DNA of 64,000 nt, from contig CAYVBP010000002.1 in NCBI GenBank assembly GCA_964449155.1, forward strand, positions 334-64,333, written 5' to 3'. This stretch comes from an uncultured Rhodospirillaceae bacterium (lineage in GTDB: Bacteria; Pseudomonadota; Alphaproteobacteria; UBA9219). Each line of letters starts with the position of its first letter. Within the stretch, counting starts at the first letter, position 1. The notes under the pieces were generated by a model. That model saw only the letters and a list, made by a program, of their open reading frames with translations, searched no databases and was not told where the DNA came from. Both the position numbers and the translations under genes were made by a program. Shown here one piece after another: positions 40,102 through 50,480 of the stretch.

Positions 40102-40494
40102 TCAATATGCTTCGATTACGACAAAAGCCTGCGCCCAAGGCGCATCGTCCGTCATGCTTAAATGAATGACGGACGTCATTCCTTCAGGCGTCATTTCGCA
40201 AAGTCTGGCAAGCGCGCCGCCGGACAAGCGCAGCGTGGGTTGTCCCGATGGGAGATTGACGACGCACATATCCCGGAAAAAAACGCCGCGCGAGAAGCCT
40301 GTGCCTAAAGCCTTGGCGCAAGCTTCCTTGGCCGCGAAACGTTTGGCATACGTTGCGGCTTTCCCAATGCGCTTAGACGCTTTTTCCTGTTCGACGGGCG
40401 AAAAAATCCGTGCTTCGAACCGCGCGCCGAACTTTTTCAGCGTTGCGTCGATACGTTCGATATTCGCCAAATCGCTTCCAATGCCTATAATCAT
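40102..40494 (-). CDS. acpS: Holo-[acyl-carrier-protein] synthase
   Basis: 130 aa; [15 protein letters not shown]...[14 protein letters not shown] is the AcpS 4'-phosphopantetheinyl transferase signature. Confidence 0.8.
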   Translation of the reverse strand: MIIGIGSDLANIERIDATLKKFGARFEARIFSPVEQEKASKRIGKAATYAKRFAAKEACAKALGTGFSRGVFFRDMCVVNLPSGQPTLRLSGGALARLCEMTPEGMTSVIHLSMTDDAPWAQAFVVIEAY

Positions 40495-40538
40495 GATCGC
40501 CTTATAGCACGATACACTTGCTTTGGGAGCCTTCCGTT

Positions 40539-41243
40539 ATGCGTTTTTTGTTTTTAATGCAGTGCTTTTTGCCCTTCTTAACTTTATCGCAGGCCTGCGC
40601 TGTCGATGCGGTCAACGTTATCTCGGGCGACGAAATTTCCGTATCGGATGGCTCGATAATTAGACTAGCGGGCATTAAGACGGTGGCGTCTGAGGCTAAG
40701 GAATATCTCGATACTGTCATTTCCGGAAAATCGGTAATGCTGGAAGAAATAACAAAGGACCGCTACGGTCGCAGCGAAGCGGTAGCATTTCTCAATGCGC
40801 AAACGGATACGATTCAGGAATTTTTGTTGCGGGAGGGCTTGGCGTATATTTATCCGCCCGTTCCCTGCAATCGGATTGATGCGTTTCGCATGGCTGAGGC
40901 CTCGGCGAGGGAGGGCAAAAAGGGCCTATGGGCACAGCCTCTTGAAAAATCGCCCGACGTTGCGGCGGCGCTTTGCGGAAAATACAGTATTGTCGCCGGC
41001 ATAGTAACATCGGCTGTGCGCGTCAAAAATAAAATTGTTCTTTCGTACGGAGACCAAAAACGTCCGGATCTAAATGTAATCCTTTCCTTAAGCCATGCGC
41101 GCGCTCTCAGGAAAGAGGGGTTCGATCCTTTATTGTCCCAAGAAAAAAAGATACGCATCCGCGGCTGGGTTTCGTGTGGTGGCATTCCGTCGATAACGCC
41201 GACGGACCGGTATCAACTAGAGGCCGTTAAGCAGAGTCATTAA
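40539..41243 (+). CDS. Secreted thermonuclease (SNase-like) domain protein
   Basis: Signal peptide, then SNase-like motifs (DGSIIRLAGIKTVASE...DRYGRSEAVAFL...EGLAYIY); similar to ExoI-like nucleases of alphaproteobacteria. Confidence 0.55.
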   Translation: MRFLFLMQCFLPFLTLSQACAVDAVNVISGDEISVSDGSIIRLAGIKTVASEAKEYLDTVISGKSVMLEEITKDRYGRSEAVAFLNAQTDTIQEFLLREGLAYIYPPVPCNRIDAFRMAEASAREGKKGLWAQPLEKSPDVAAALCGKYSIVAGIVTSAVRVKNKIVLSYGDQKRPDLNVILSLSHARALRKEGFDPLLSQEKKIRIRGWVSCGGIPSITPTDRYQLEAVKQSH

Positions 41244-41880
41244 TCTTCATTGTCGCATAAATTTTGCGAAGCGTCGTGAAAGCGAGGCTGACCTCTTTAA
41301 ATTTTTCGTCGTCTTGGCTTCCGTTTTGCGCATCCGGGTGATGTTTTTTGACAAGGGCGCGGTATCGCCTTTTTATCGTTGCAAAATCGACCGGTGGGTC
41401 AAGCTCCAGAACAGCCAAGGCTTCCAAAGCGGCAAGCGGCAATGCCGAAAATTCATGATGGCCATTATTCTCTGAACCGTTATTGCAATCGGGCCGGACT
41501 TTCTCTTTTGTGCGGTTTTCCATGCCGCCGGACCCTATCGGCCAAGACGGACGCTCCCAAACAGTTGCTTGACGCATATAGTCTTCTATTTCGTCCGGAG
41601 AAAGGCCTTCGAAAAAATCCCAAGCTTTATTGTATTCCCGAACGTGTTCGAGACAGAAATAATAGTAATTATTCAAATTATTCCGATCCTTAGGCGCTTT
41701 ATAAATGCCCGGCTGCCCGCATCCCGGATGATCGCACAAGCGCAGACGAACCGGCCGGTCCGAAGTCTCGAAATATGTATCGTTAATAAATCGCATAATC
41801 TCGGCTATACCATAGGAAAGTCTAAAAACTACAGCAATTAAAGCCTCATTAACAACTATATTGGCAAAATAGAAGTCCAT
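41227..41880 (-). CDS. J-domain protein with N-terminal Cys/His-containing domain
   Basis: C-terminal J domain FATIKRRYRALVKKHHPDAQNGSQDDEKFKEVSLAFTTLRK with an HPD motif. The N-terminal domain carries CDHPGC...CLEH. The start is uncertain. Confidence 0.55.
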   Translation of the reverse strand: MDFYFANIVVNEALIAVVFRLSYGIAEIMRFINDTYFETSDRPVRLRLCDHPGCGQPGIYKAPKDRNNLNNYYYFCLEHVREYNKAWDFFEGLSPDEIEDYMRQATVWERPSWPIGSGGMENRTKEKVRPDCNNGSENNGHHEFSALPLAALEALAVLELDPPVDFATIKRRYRALVKKHHPDAQNGSQDDEKFKEVSLAFTTLRKIYATMKINDSA

Positions 41881-41947
41881 GCCCCTCTCTCGTTTTGCAA
41901 AAGCTACGGGGCTACGGGTTAAGGCCTTAGAAGGAGACGGCCCATTG

Positions 41948-42922
41948 ATGAGAGAAAAATATTTTAGAGAGTATCCTCTCTCCAATTACATTTTTGTTTT
42001 GGCAATAGCATTTGTTGCTGCGGCAGAACCCGCAATGGCCCAAAGCTCGGGGACAAGCGTGGGGACGGTGGCGGAAACGTTCGGACAAGTTCTTTGCAAC
42101 GCCGTCTTGAATGCCAAGCCTTTTGGAAAGGTTTTTTCAATAGCGGCTTACATATGCGGGGTTCTTGCCGGGCTTAGGGGCATTTATTACCTTCGCATGC
42201 ATGGCGAAAATGCCAGTCAGGTTAAACTGGCCATCCCTCTTATGTATTTTCTCGGCGCGGCCTGTCTTATGGCGCTTCCCCAAGCTGCGGAAACGATCAT
42301 AACCAGCTTCTATACGCCCCAAGGTAGCGGTGCCAGCGCATTGTCGAATTGCGCGCCGGGAGACGCGACTGTCATTGCGCAAGGCCCCGATGAAATGATG
42401 TCCAATTTTGTAACCAACATCAAGCAACCGATGATCGACGTTTGTTCGATAACGGCAATGCTTGCGGGTCTGTTCATGATCGTTAAAGGGTTCATTAAGG
42501 CCTCAAAACATGGAATGGATCCGAAAGAAAGCTCGGTACACAGCATTTTGACAAATCTTGCGTTTGGGGCCTTTCTGGTTACCATCGGCGACAATTTGAA
42601 CATCATGCTGACGACGGTTTTTGGCGAGAACACCATTGCAAATACGGCGCTGAACTGGAATCTTCCGAGTAATTCGGGGATATCTCAGCAAGCCCTTGAC
42701 CGTTTTCAGCGAGGCGTTGCTGCGTCGCTGGCTTTTTGTCAGTTAATTGGCGCAATAGCTTTTGTGCGCGGATGGTTAATGCTTAAAAGATTTGTCGAGG
42801 GGGCGGCGAACGTATCGATGGGTGCGGCACTAACTCATATTATCGGCGGGTGTATCGCGATAAACATAGGTGCTTTCTTAAAAATTATGGACAAAACGTT
42901 TGGAACGGGCCTTCTTCAGTAA
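41948..42922 (+). CDS. Signal-peptide polytopic membrane protein (possible VirB6/TrbL-like T4SS channel subunit)
   Basis: Signal peptide (FVLAIAFVAAAEPAMAQ), a periplasmic segment, then about 5-6 TM helices. Assignment rests on topology and on adjacency to a VirB2-like ORF. Confidence 0.3.
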   Translation: MREKYFREYPLSNYIFVLAIAFVAAAEPAMAQSSGTSVGTVAETFGQVLCNAVLNAKPFGKVFSIAAYICGVLAGLRGIYYLRMHGENASQVKLAIPLMYFLGAACLMALPQAAETIITSFYTPQGSGASALSNCAPGDATVIAQGPDEMMSNFVTNIKQPMIDVCSITAMLAGLFMIVKGFIKASKHGMDPKESSVHSILTNLAFGAFLVTIGDNLNIMLTTVFGENTIANTALNWNLPSNSGISQQALDRFQRGVAASLAFCQLIGAIAFVRGWLMLKRFVEGAANVSMGAALTHIIGGCIAINIGAFLKIMDKTFGTGLLQ

Positions 42923-43106
42923 ATAAGGTCATTGTTCTTGATAAAGGATGTGGGCGCGTCTCGCGGTGACTAACGCGCTGTTTACATATATAAAATAAAG
43001 CCCAAAGGGCGAAAATTAAGCTGCTGTTAAGGAACGGGAAATAGAATCGACCGCGAAAGTAGTAATAAGACAAATTATTTCCAACCCTTCAGGAGGAGAA
43101 GAAACA

Positions 43107-43502
43107 ATGAATGCAAAGATGAGGAATATTCTAGTCAACGACGTGCTGACAGGCCTCGTTGTCGCAGCGACGCTCGCAGCGGTCATGCCTGTCGATGCGT
43201 TTGCTCAAGAAGGCATCGCAGGCATTACGGGCAAGGTTCAATCGAACATTGCGGGCTCGTTTATGAAATTCGTCAGTATGGCCAGCTACTGTTTTGGCAC
43301 CATTTTGACGGTCACGGGCATTGCTTCTGCTAAGAAGCATGCGGATAACCCCTCGACCGAACCGTTGAATAAAAGTCTCGGCAGGCTTGGCGCCGGTGCG
43401 GCGTTCCTTGCGGCACCGACTCTTATCGGCATGATCTTGGCGACTGGCAGCTCGACGCTTAACAGCGGTCAGGCGCAGTTCTCTGAAATCCCCGGATTTT
43501 AA
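43107..43502 (+). CDS. Small exported protein with two hydrophobic helices (VirB2/TrbC-like conjugative-pilin topology)
   Basis: 131 aa with a long signal peptide ending AFA|QEG. The mature protein, about 98 aa, has two hydrophobic segments (FVSMASYCFGTILTVTGIAS and GAGAAFLAAPTLIGMILATG). Confidence 0.3.
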   Translation: MNAKMRNILVNDVLTGLVVAATLAAVMPVDAFAQEGIAGITGKVQSNIAGSFMKFVSMASYCFGTILTVTGIASAKKHADNPSTEPLNKSLGRLGAGAAFLAAPTLIGMILATGSSTLNSGQAQFSEIPGF

Positions 43503-43520
43503 GCGTCGATTGAGAAAACG

Positions 43521-44195
43521 TTGTCTTTTCTTCCTCTAATCCTCGGCTGCGGTTTGCCGCCCGTCGCCGAGGGCGGAGGCCTTAGGCTTCCGTCCAAAGC
43601 ACAAGCTGAAAAGATTTTGGATCGCGACAATTATACGTGTCGCTTTTGTGGTTTTCGTTCGCGCCAATATCAGCGCGTTGTTCCTGTCGAAAAAGATTTT
43701 GCTACGGCCTGCGGTTTTTGCGAACAGGCGTTGTTTCTTGAGCGCTCTGGGATTGTGAACAGTGGCGTGCTGATCTGGCTTCCCGAGATAACCCAGGCGG
43801 AGCTTAATCACATCGTTCGAGCCGTCTATATCGCGCGTGCCGAAGAAGGCAGCGAAATTGCGGCGGCGGCTGATCGCGCGTTTGACGCCCTTATGGCGCG
43901 CAGGGTAGACGCCAAGAAGCGGTTGGGCAGCGAAGACCCCATCGTTCTTTCGACGGTGCTTCACGAAAACCTGACGGCGAAAGAGCGTGTGGCTGCATCA
44001 AAGAAACTCGAAGGAATTCGCCTGCTGCCCTTGGATAGATATATCGTGCGCGGGCATAACGGGGATTTCGATGGGTTCCCCCAAATGGTAAAATATTGGA
44101 TATCCAAGGACGGTCCCTACGCTGCGATCCCGACTTTGGAATGGCAAAAGCTCTTTGAGAAAGTCGCGCCCCGACGCCCTCTCGATTCACTGTGA
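43521..44195 (+). CDS. Cys-rich (CxxC...CxxC) hypothetical protein
   Basis: 224 aa with CRFCGF and CGFCEQ motifs 25 residues apart; no recognisable catalytic motifs. Confidence 0.3.
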   Translation: MSFLPLILGCGLPPVAEGGGLRLPSKAQAEKILDRDNYTCRFCGFRSRQYQRVVPVEKDFATACGFCEQALFLERSGIVNSGVLIWLPEITQAELNHIVRAVYIARAEEGSEIAAAADRAFDALMARRVDAKKRLGSEDPIVLSTVLHENLTAKERVAASKKLEGIRLLPLDRYIVRGHNGDFDGFPQMVKYWISKDGPYAAIPTLEWQKLFEKVAPRRPLDSL

Positions 44196-44207
44196 TTCGG
44201 GACTGGT

Positions 44208-46784
44208 ATGACTTTCGAAAGAACGGAGCAAAAAGAGCGTATCGATTGGCCCCATCGGGCGTTTGTCGCAATCTTTGACGCGGGGGCCGTTCTTGCCGTC
44301 GTTTATCTTATCATTATTGCCAACCATATTTTTCACATTCTTCCCGGTATCGGATATGTCAAACATTCAATTTGGCCGATAGATACGGATTTCCTGAACT
44401 ATTGGACGGCGGCACGCCTTGCAATCGCAGATCGTGCGATTGATATATTCAATCCGGAGGCCTTTAGAAATGCGACCGTTGCCTTGACCGGCCACGTTCC
44501 CGTCCAGATTCATTCGTGGCCGTATTCGCCGCTTCCTTTGGTTTTTATGTCTTGGCTCGGCGCGCTTCCCTACAAAATGGCGTTTTGCCTTTGGATGGTT
44601 CTGACTTTTATTCTGTACGCAGCATCCGTCGCCGTTAAGCGGCCCGACTCGTGGAAGGTTGTGGGGGTCCTTGCTCTTGCGCCGGCAACGTTCATGAATG
44701 TCATGCACGGGCAAGGCGGTTTTCTTACGGCAGCATGCCTTGTGGGCGGACTTAGGCTGATGGACAAGCGCCCCGTTCTTGCAGGCGCGTTGTTTGGCTT
44801 GTTGACGTTTAAGCCGCATTTGCTGTTGCTTATGCCGTTCATCCTGTTCCCGAAAGACCGACGGCGTGTCCTTGTTTCAGCTGTGGCAACGACGGCAGTC
44901 CTTTTTGTTGTGAGTCTTGCCTGTTTCGGGCCGATGCCGTGGATCGATTACTTTCAGAAGATCGTTCCTTATCAAAAAGCGTTGATGGAGTTTCCTCCAG
45001 CTGCGGATAAGTACATGATGAACTCGGTGTTTATCACGCTTTTTGCCGCTGTCCGCCGGTTAAGCGGATCGCTTGATCTCGCATACTTCGCGTCGCTTGT
45101 TTCTGCGACGGCAGGCATTGGCGCAACGCTGTATGTTGTGCGCAGACGCATGTCCGCCGACTTGCGCGATGCGGTTATCCTGACGGCGCTGTTCATAACG
45201 ACGCCTTACGGCTTGATCTACGACACGCCAATTCTTGTCGCCGCCATCGTTTCCTTTTTGGCCGCGGCGCGCGCGATAAAAACAACGGCATTGCAAGCGG
45301 CGACTGCCGCAATTCTTTTCTTGTTTCCGCTAATGGCAACCCAGCTGAATGCGGCAGGACTTCCTTTGGGCCCCGTCCTGGCTGCAAGCTTTCTTGTCGT
45401 ATGTTTGCAAACTGTTTCCGCCGGGCAGCGGCCCGAAAAAAAACTGCGCCCAGCGCTTCAACGTGCTTTTCAATTAGCAAGGACGGAGTTCAGGGAACGT
45501 AAGATCCTTCCAAAATTCGTTTATCCCGTTCTTCTGTGTGTCGCCGCATACTATTTGATCGATGCGTTTAAGACGATCGACAGCATAACGACCCACATCT
45601 TTACGCCCGCGCCCGATGGAAAAAAGATGCCGTGGCCTGAGAATAGCGACTTTTTAACTTTGTGGTCGGCCGCGAAACTGATGGCCAAGGATCAGTTATC
45701 GACGTTGTTCGATGCGTCGGCGCTTTTCCGGGCGCAGGAGGTATTGTCCGGGTACAAGGCGCTAAATTCGAATAACTGGCCTTATTCGCCGCTTCCTCTT
45801 CTTTATGTTCGTTGGCTCGAGCCGTTTTCGGTGCGCGATGCCTTTTTGCTCTGGGAAGGCATAACCTTTGCCTTTTATGCGCTGGCCGTCGCATATCGCC
45901 GTCCTGATCCGTGGAAGCTGACGATCCTTCTTGCGGCAGCGCCGGCGACGGCCGTTAATCTTGGTTACGGCCAAAGCGGCTATCTGATGGCGGCTCTTTT
46001 GATCGGTGGGTTGAGGCTGATGGATAAGCGTCCAATTCTTGCCGGAATCCTTTTTGGTGTTTTGACGTATAAACCGCAGTTCATGATTCTTCTACCTTTT
46101 GTCCTTCTCGCGCAACGGCGGTGGAAAGTGCTTATTTCTTCGGTCGTCATGACCGCAGGCCTTCATGTTTTGAGCGTTGCGCTGTATGGGGTTGAACCGT
46201 GGGTTATTTATTTTAATAAAATTGTGCCGTTCCAAACGATGCTGTTCGATGCGTCTCCGATTGACGACGGCTTCAAGATGAATTCAACGTTTGTGACGTT
46301 GTTTGCCGCTGTCCGAAATCTCGGCGGGTCGCTGGCCTTATCTTACGGTCTGTCGGCTCTTGCCGCAGTGGCGGGGATTGCCGGGACGATCTATGCGTGC
46401 CGAAAGAACATTCCTTCCGATTTGCGCGATGCGGTTATCGTATCGGCGCTTTTCCTTTCTACGCCCTATGCGCACGTTTACGATTTTCCGATCCTTATGG
46501 GCGCTGTCGTATCCTATCTGATGACCCAAAAGGCCTCGACGATAACAATTCCTCAAATTGCTTTGTTCTGGGGGCTTTGTATCCTTCCGTTTCATGCCTA
46601 TCCAATGAACAGGGCTCACCAGCCGATAAGCCCGTTGCTGTTTATGGGCTTTTTCTACATCTGCATGGCAGAGATCTATAGGATTCAAAACGGCGGAAAA
46701 AGGCTTATCGATCTTGAAGCTTTATTTCGGAAGGCAATCCCGCTTTTCGGCGAAGCGCGGCGGCAGTGTCTTCGTAAACTTTAG
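44208..46784 (+). CDS. Tandem-duplicated GT-C/DUF2029(GT87)-like polytopic membrane glycosyltransferase-type protein
   Basis: 858 aa made of two collinear halves of about 420 aa each. Examples: NSDFLTLW vs DTDFLNYW; NWPYSPLPLLYVRW vs HSWPYSPLPLVFMSW; LIGGLRLMDKRPILAGILFGVLTYKPQ vs LVGGLRLMDKRPVLAGALFGLLTFKPH; LRDAVIVSALFLSTPYAHVYDFPIL vs LRDAVILTALFITTPYGLIYDTPIL. Confidence 0.55.
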   Translation: MTFERTEQKERIDWPHRAFVAIFDAGAVLAVVYLIIIANHIFHILPGIGYVKHSIWPIDTDFLNYWTAARLAIADRAIDIFNPEAFRNATVALTGHVPVQIHSWPYSPLPLVFMSWLGALPYKMAFCLWMVLTFILYAASVAVKRPDSWKVVGVLALAPATFMNVMHGQGGFLTAACLVGGLRLMDKRPVLAGALFGLLTFKPHLLLLMPFILFPKDRRRVLVSAVATTAVLFVVSLACFGPMPWIDYFQKIVPYQKALMEFPPAADKYMMNSVFITLFAAVRRLSGSLDLAYFASLVSATAGIGATLYVVRRRMSADLRDAVILTALFITTPYGLIYDTPILVAAIVSFLAAARAIKTTALQAATAAILFLFPLMATQLNAAGLPLGPVLAASFLVVCLQTVSAGQRPEKKLRPALQRAFQLARTEFRERKILPKFVYPVLLCVAAYYLIDAFKTIDSITTHIFTPAPDGKKMPWPENSDFLTLWSAAKLMAKDQLSTLFDASALFRAQEVLSGYKALNSNNWPYSPLPLLYVRWLEPFSVRDAFLLWEGITFAFYALAVAYRRPDPWKLTILLAAAPATAVNLGYGQSGYLMAALLIGGLRLMDKRPILAGILFGVLTYKPQFMILLPFVLLAQRRWKVLISSVVMTAGLHVLSVALYGVEPWVIYFNKIVPFQTMLFDASPIDDGFKMNSTFVTLFAAVRNLGGSLALSYGLSALAAVAGIAGTIYACRKNIPSDLRDAVIVSALFLSTPYAHVYDFPILMGAVVSYLMTQKASTITIPQIALFWGLCILPFHAYPMNRAHQPISPLLFMGFFYICMAEIYRIQNGGKRLIDLEALFRKAIPLFGEARRQCLRKL

Positions 46785-48321
46785 CGTGCGCTGCGTCGCC
46801 GCGCTGCTTGTATTCTTCCGCAAGCTGAACCAGCGCGGGATATGATAGAGGGTTTAGCTTAATCGCAATTTCGAGATGGCGTAAGGCTTCGTCCCGATGA
46901 TGTTCATTGCCAGGCATCGTTCTCAGTAGGGCCGCGAGATTAACGTGCAAAACGTCCCTGTTGTCGATCGAGTGTCTGTCGGACGATAAAGCCAAGTCTC
47001 TTTCGGCAAGTTCGAATTGGTTCCGCGCGGCATCGTAATTGCCTCCACGCGCATAATGGGTTCCTAAAAGAATATGCGCTTCAGGCGCGGGCCTTCCGGA
47101 TGCAAAGACGTTGTTGCAAAAAGTGATCGGATCGCGCCAACTCTTATTTTGCTGCCAAGCCATGCTTCCGAAAAGCGAAAGAACGAAAAGCCCAAAAAGA
47201 AAAACCGTTTTTGTAAAACGCTTATTGACCGTTATCGCGATACCTTCCAAAAGCCCAAGCGTAAGTCCCGTCATCGGCAAATACATCCAGTGTTCATAGG
47301 CGACGCGGCCCATGCTCAAAACGGGAGACAACGCAAAGAAAAACCAAAGACTTCCCCAACTTAAGGGAAGCGTCAGGAGACTCTGAGGCCGAAAAACTAT
47401 CGCTGCCAATCCTCCGACGGCAAAGACGCCAAAAGCCGCTTGTGCTGCCCATAATCCGCCAGTGGCCTCAAGCACATGCTTCATGAACAAAGGCTCTGGC
47501 CATAAAAAAAGCCGCAAATAAACAGGAATAGCCGCAAAAAAATCGAGATCTAAAAAGCCGTCCGGCTGCATCGTATTAGCCGCGACAATTTTTGCCCCTA
47601 TCGTCATACGGAACAAAAGATAAACGCAAGCAATTGCAGCAAAAGGCCAAAGCCTGAAATAACGCCGCGTCTCGAATCTTTGTTTGTCCGAGAAATAGAC
47701 AAGCGTCCCGGCCAAAAAGGGAAAGGCGATAGCGCTTTCCTTGCTTAAAAGCGCAAAGATAAAAAGAAAGGAGGCCGCAATTATCCGGCTGCGCGAAAAA
47801 TCGGGAAGCAATGCGTTTGCGGCTCCGAGGCAAAAAAACGCGTATAAACCATCCCCTGTATCGGAAATATATGCAACCGCTTCGACATTGATGGGGTGCG
47901 CCGCCCAAATTGCCGCAGCCAAAAAAGCCCCCGCCGGGCGAAAAGCTAATTTCCGGCCCAACCGATAGACAAGGCAGGCGTTTGCGGCATGAAGCAGGAC
48001 GTTAAGAAGGTGAAACCCCCACGCCTTTAGTCCGATTGCTTGAAAGACGAAAAGATAAAGCCCTCCCTGCAACGGTCGATAGTAATCGCCGAACGTAAGG
48101 CTTCCCGTCGTTAGAGACGACGAAAAAATTGACGGCAAATACCGCCAGCCTCGCAAAAACTGGTTATCGACGACCGTATTTTCGTCGTCGAAAAGAAAGG
48201 CGTTATGGTAAACGTTCGAATAAACGGCGAAAACGACGCCCGCCAAGAAAAGGCAGGGCCACGCCGTATCCCAAAAACCTTGGTTTTTCCTATAGAATAT
48301 TTTGCATAACAGGCTGGTCAT
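46705..48321 (-). CDS. GT-C/PMT-like polytopic membrane protein with C-terminal TPR domain
   Basis: 538 aa with about 11 TM helices in the N-terminal two-thirds and TPR-like repeats at the C-terminus ([15 protein letters not shown]...[13 protein letters not shown]). Its 3' end overlaps the converging gene by 80 nt. Confidence 0.5.
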   Translation of the reverse strand: MTSLLCKIFYRKNQGFWDTAWPCLFLAGVVFAVYSNVYHNAFLFDDENTVVDNQFLRGWRYLPSIFSSSLTTGSLTFGDYYRPLQGGLYLFVFQAIGLKAWGFHLLNVLLHAANACLVYRLGRKLAFRPAGAFLAAAIWAAHPINVEAVAYISDTGDGLYAFFCLGAANALLPDFSRSRIIAASFLFIFALLSKESAIAFPFLAGTLVYFSDKQRFETRRYFRLWPFAAIACVYLLFRMTIGAKIVAANTMQPDGFLDLDFFAAIPVYLRLFLWPEPLFMKHVLEATGGLWAAQAAFGVFAVGGLAAIVFRPQSLLTLPLSWGSLWFFFALSPVLSMGRVAYEHWMYLPMTGLTLGLLEGIAITVNKRFTKTVFLFGLFVLSLFGSMAWQQNKSWRDPITFCNNVFASGRPAPEAHILLGTHYARGGNYDAARNQFELAERDLALSSDRHSIDNRDVLHVNLAALLRTMPGNEHHRDEALRHLEIAIKLNPLSYPALVQLAEEYKQRGDAAHAKVYEDTAAALRRKAGLPSEIKLQDR

Positions 48322-48433
48322 AAAACCTCAAAAAGGGACCTTAGTTAGCTATCCTCAAAAGGGCACGCGGTGTCAAAAACTTTTTTGTTTCCGAAACTTG
48401 CGGAAATCGCACGCCCTGTACTATGCTAAAGGC

Positions 48434-49651
48434 ATGACAATGCAACGCCCAAATTCGTATACGTTTCTTCCCGATGCCGACGGGCATTTCGGGGCCTATG
48501 GCGGCCGTTTTGTTCCGGAAACGCTGATGCCGCTCGTTCTCGAGGTTGAAAAAGCCTATACTGCCGCAAAAGCCGACCCGTCGTTTATGGCCGAGCTTGA
48601 CTATTACTTAAAGTATTACGTCGGGCGTCCGTCGCCGCTTTATTTTGCGAAAAGAATGACGGAGCATTTCGGCGGCGCAAAAATCTATTTTAAGCGCGAA
48701 GAGCTTAATCACACCGGTGCGCACAAAATCAATCATTGCATCGGCGAAGTTCTGTTGGCCAAGCGCATGGGCAAAACGCGCATTATCGCCGAAACGGGCG
48801 CGGGCCAGCACGGCGTCGCCACGGCGACTGTTGCGGCGCTGTTTAATTTGCCGTGCGTGGTCTACATGGGCGAACTCGATATCGAGCGTCAGGCTCCAAA
48901 TGTATTCCGCATGCGCCTTCTGGGCGCAGAGGTCCGCCCCGTTAAAACAGGATCGCGGTCGTTGAAGGACGCCATGAACGCCGCCCTGCGTGATTGGGTC
49001 GCGAACGTCGATGGCACGTTTTATATCATCGGAACAGTCGGTGGCCCGCATCCGTATCCCGCGATGATTCGAGATTTCCAGTCTGTGATCGGCCGAGAAG
49101 TTCGTCAGCAGCTTATGGAAGCTGAAGGCCGTCTGCCCGATTCGCTGATTGCTTGTATCGGTGGAGGCTCGAACGCCATGGGCCTTTTCTATGAGTTCCT
49201 GAACGATCCCACGGTAGCAATGTTCGGAGCCGAAGCCGCCGGGCTCGGCATTGAAACCGGCAAGCATGCCGCTGCGCTCGAAGGCGGTCGGGAAGGCATT
49301 TTGCACGGTATGCGCAGCTATTTCTTGCAAGATCCTGACGGGCAGATTTTGGAAGCGCACTCTATTTCGGCCGGGCTTGATTATCCCGGAGTTGGCCCCG
49401 AACACGCGTGGCTGTTTGACCAGAAACGCGTCACGTATGTTCCTATTACCGACGACGAAGCCGTCGAGGCGTTCCAGTTGTGCAGTAAGCTCGAAGGCAT
49501 TATGCCCGCGCTGGAATCCGCGCACGCGCTGGCCTACGTTCCGAAACTTGCGCCGACGCTGCCCAAAGATCATCTGATGGTCGTGAACATCAGTGGGCGC
49601 GGCGACAAGGATATTTTTACGATCGCCAAAAGAATAGGGGTCAAGCTGTGA
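48434..49651 (+). CDS. trpB: Tryptophan synthase beta chain
   Basis: PLP-lysine motif HTGAHKINH and GGGSNAMG. The likely start is the internal ATG at 48434 ([11 protein letters not shown]...). Confidence 0.9.
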   Translation: MTMQRPNSYTFLPDADGHFGAYGGRFVPETLMPLVLEVEKAYTAAKADPSFMAELDYYLKYYVGRPSPLYFAKRMTEHFGGAKIYFKREELNHTGAHKINHCIGEVLLAKRMGKTRIIAETGAGQHGVATATVAALFNLPCVVYMGELDIERQAPNVFRMRLLGAEVRPVKTGSRSLKDAMNAALRDWVANVDGTFYIIGTVGGPHPYPAMIRDFQSVIGREVRQQLMEAEGRLPDSLIACIGGGSNAMGLFYEFLNDPTVAMFGAEAAGLGIETGKHAAALEGGREGILHGMRSYFLQDPDGQILEAHSISAGLDYPGVGPEHAWLFDQKRVTYVPITDDEAVEAFQLCSKLEGIMPALESAHALAYVPKLAPTLPKDHLMVVNISGRGDKDIFTIAKRIGVKL

Positions 49652-50466
49652 GCCGCATCTCCGCCCGCTTCGCCGAGCTCAGGGCCGCGAAGAAAAAAGC
49701 CTTCATTTCGTTCACGTCTGCGGGCGACCCGGACCTAGAAACATTCGGCGAGATTCTTGAGGGTCTGCCAAAAGCGGGTGTCGATTTAATCGAAATCGGC
49801 ATGCCGTTTAGCGATCCCGTCGCCGACGGGCCCATTATCGAACTCGGCAACAACCGCGCGTTCAAGGCGGGAATTAAGATGGCCAAGGTTCTCGGCTATG
49901 CCGCCGCGTTCCGCAAAAAAGACGCTAAGACTCCCTTGTTGTTGATGGGCTATGCAAACCCCATCTTTTTTTACGGTCTCGATAAATTTGCGGCGGACGC
50001 TGCCGCTGCTGGCATCGACGGCCTTATTGTTCCCGATCTTCCACCCGAAGAAGACGCCGACCTGCGTCACCACGCGCAAGCGTGCAGCATCGACCTTATC
50101 CGCTTTGTGACGCCGACGACGGACGCGGTGCGCTTGAAAACGGTATTGGCGGGGGCAGGGGGGTTCTTATATTACGTTTCTGTGTCCGGCATCACAGGCA
50201 CAAAGCAAGCCGTGACAGACACTGTGCGCTGTGGGATCGAAAAAATAAGGCCGTACTCGTCTCTTTCCATTGCCGTCGGTTTTGGCATATCCGCGCCCGA
50301 ACAGGCGCGCGCCATCGCGCAAGTTTCTGACGGAATAATCGTGGGCAGCGCAATCGTTAACCGGATCGCGCAAAACCTTGACTCTGAAGGTAAATCACGG
50401 CCCGGTTTGGTCAAAGATGTCCTAAGCTTCGTAAAAACCCTTTCCGACGCGGCGCACGAGGTCTAA
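49648..50466 (+). CDS. trpA: Tryptophan synthase alpha chain
   Basis: TIM-barrel TrpA motifs ([36 protein letters not shown]). Its start overlaps the trpB stop (GTGA). Confidence 0.9.
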   Translation: MSRISARFAELRAAKKKAFISFTSAGDPDLETFGEILEGLPKAGVDLIEIGMPFSDPVADGPIIELGNNRAFKAGIKMAKVLGYAAAFRKKDAKTPLLLMGYANPIFFYGLDKFAADAAAAGIDGLIVPDLPPEEDADLRHHAQACSIDLIRFVTPTTDAVRLKTVLAGAGGFLYYVSVSGITGTKQAVTDTVRCGIEKIRPYSSLSIAVGFGISAPEQARAIAQVSDGIIVGSAIVNRIAQNLDSEGKSRPGLVKDVLSFVKTLSDAAHEV

Positions 50467-50480
50467 AGCGGCGAAAACAG

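Noticed and set aside
48608..49573. 321-aa ORF antisense to trpB
   Set aside because: trpB has PLP-Lys and Gly-rich motifs on the sense strand. The antisense ORF is compositional noise.
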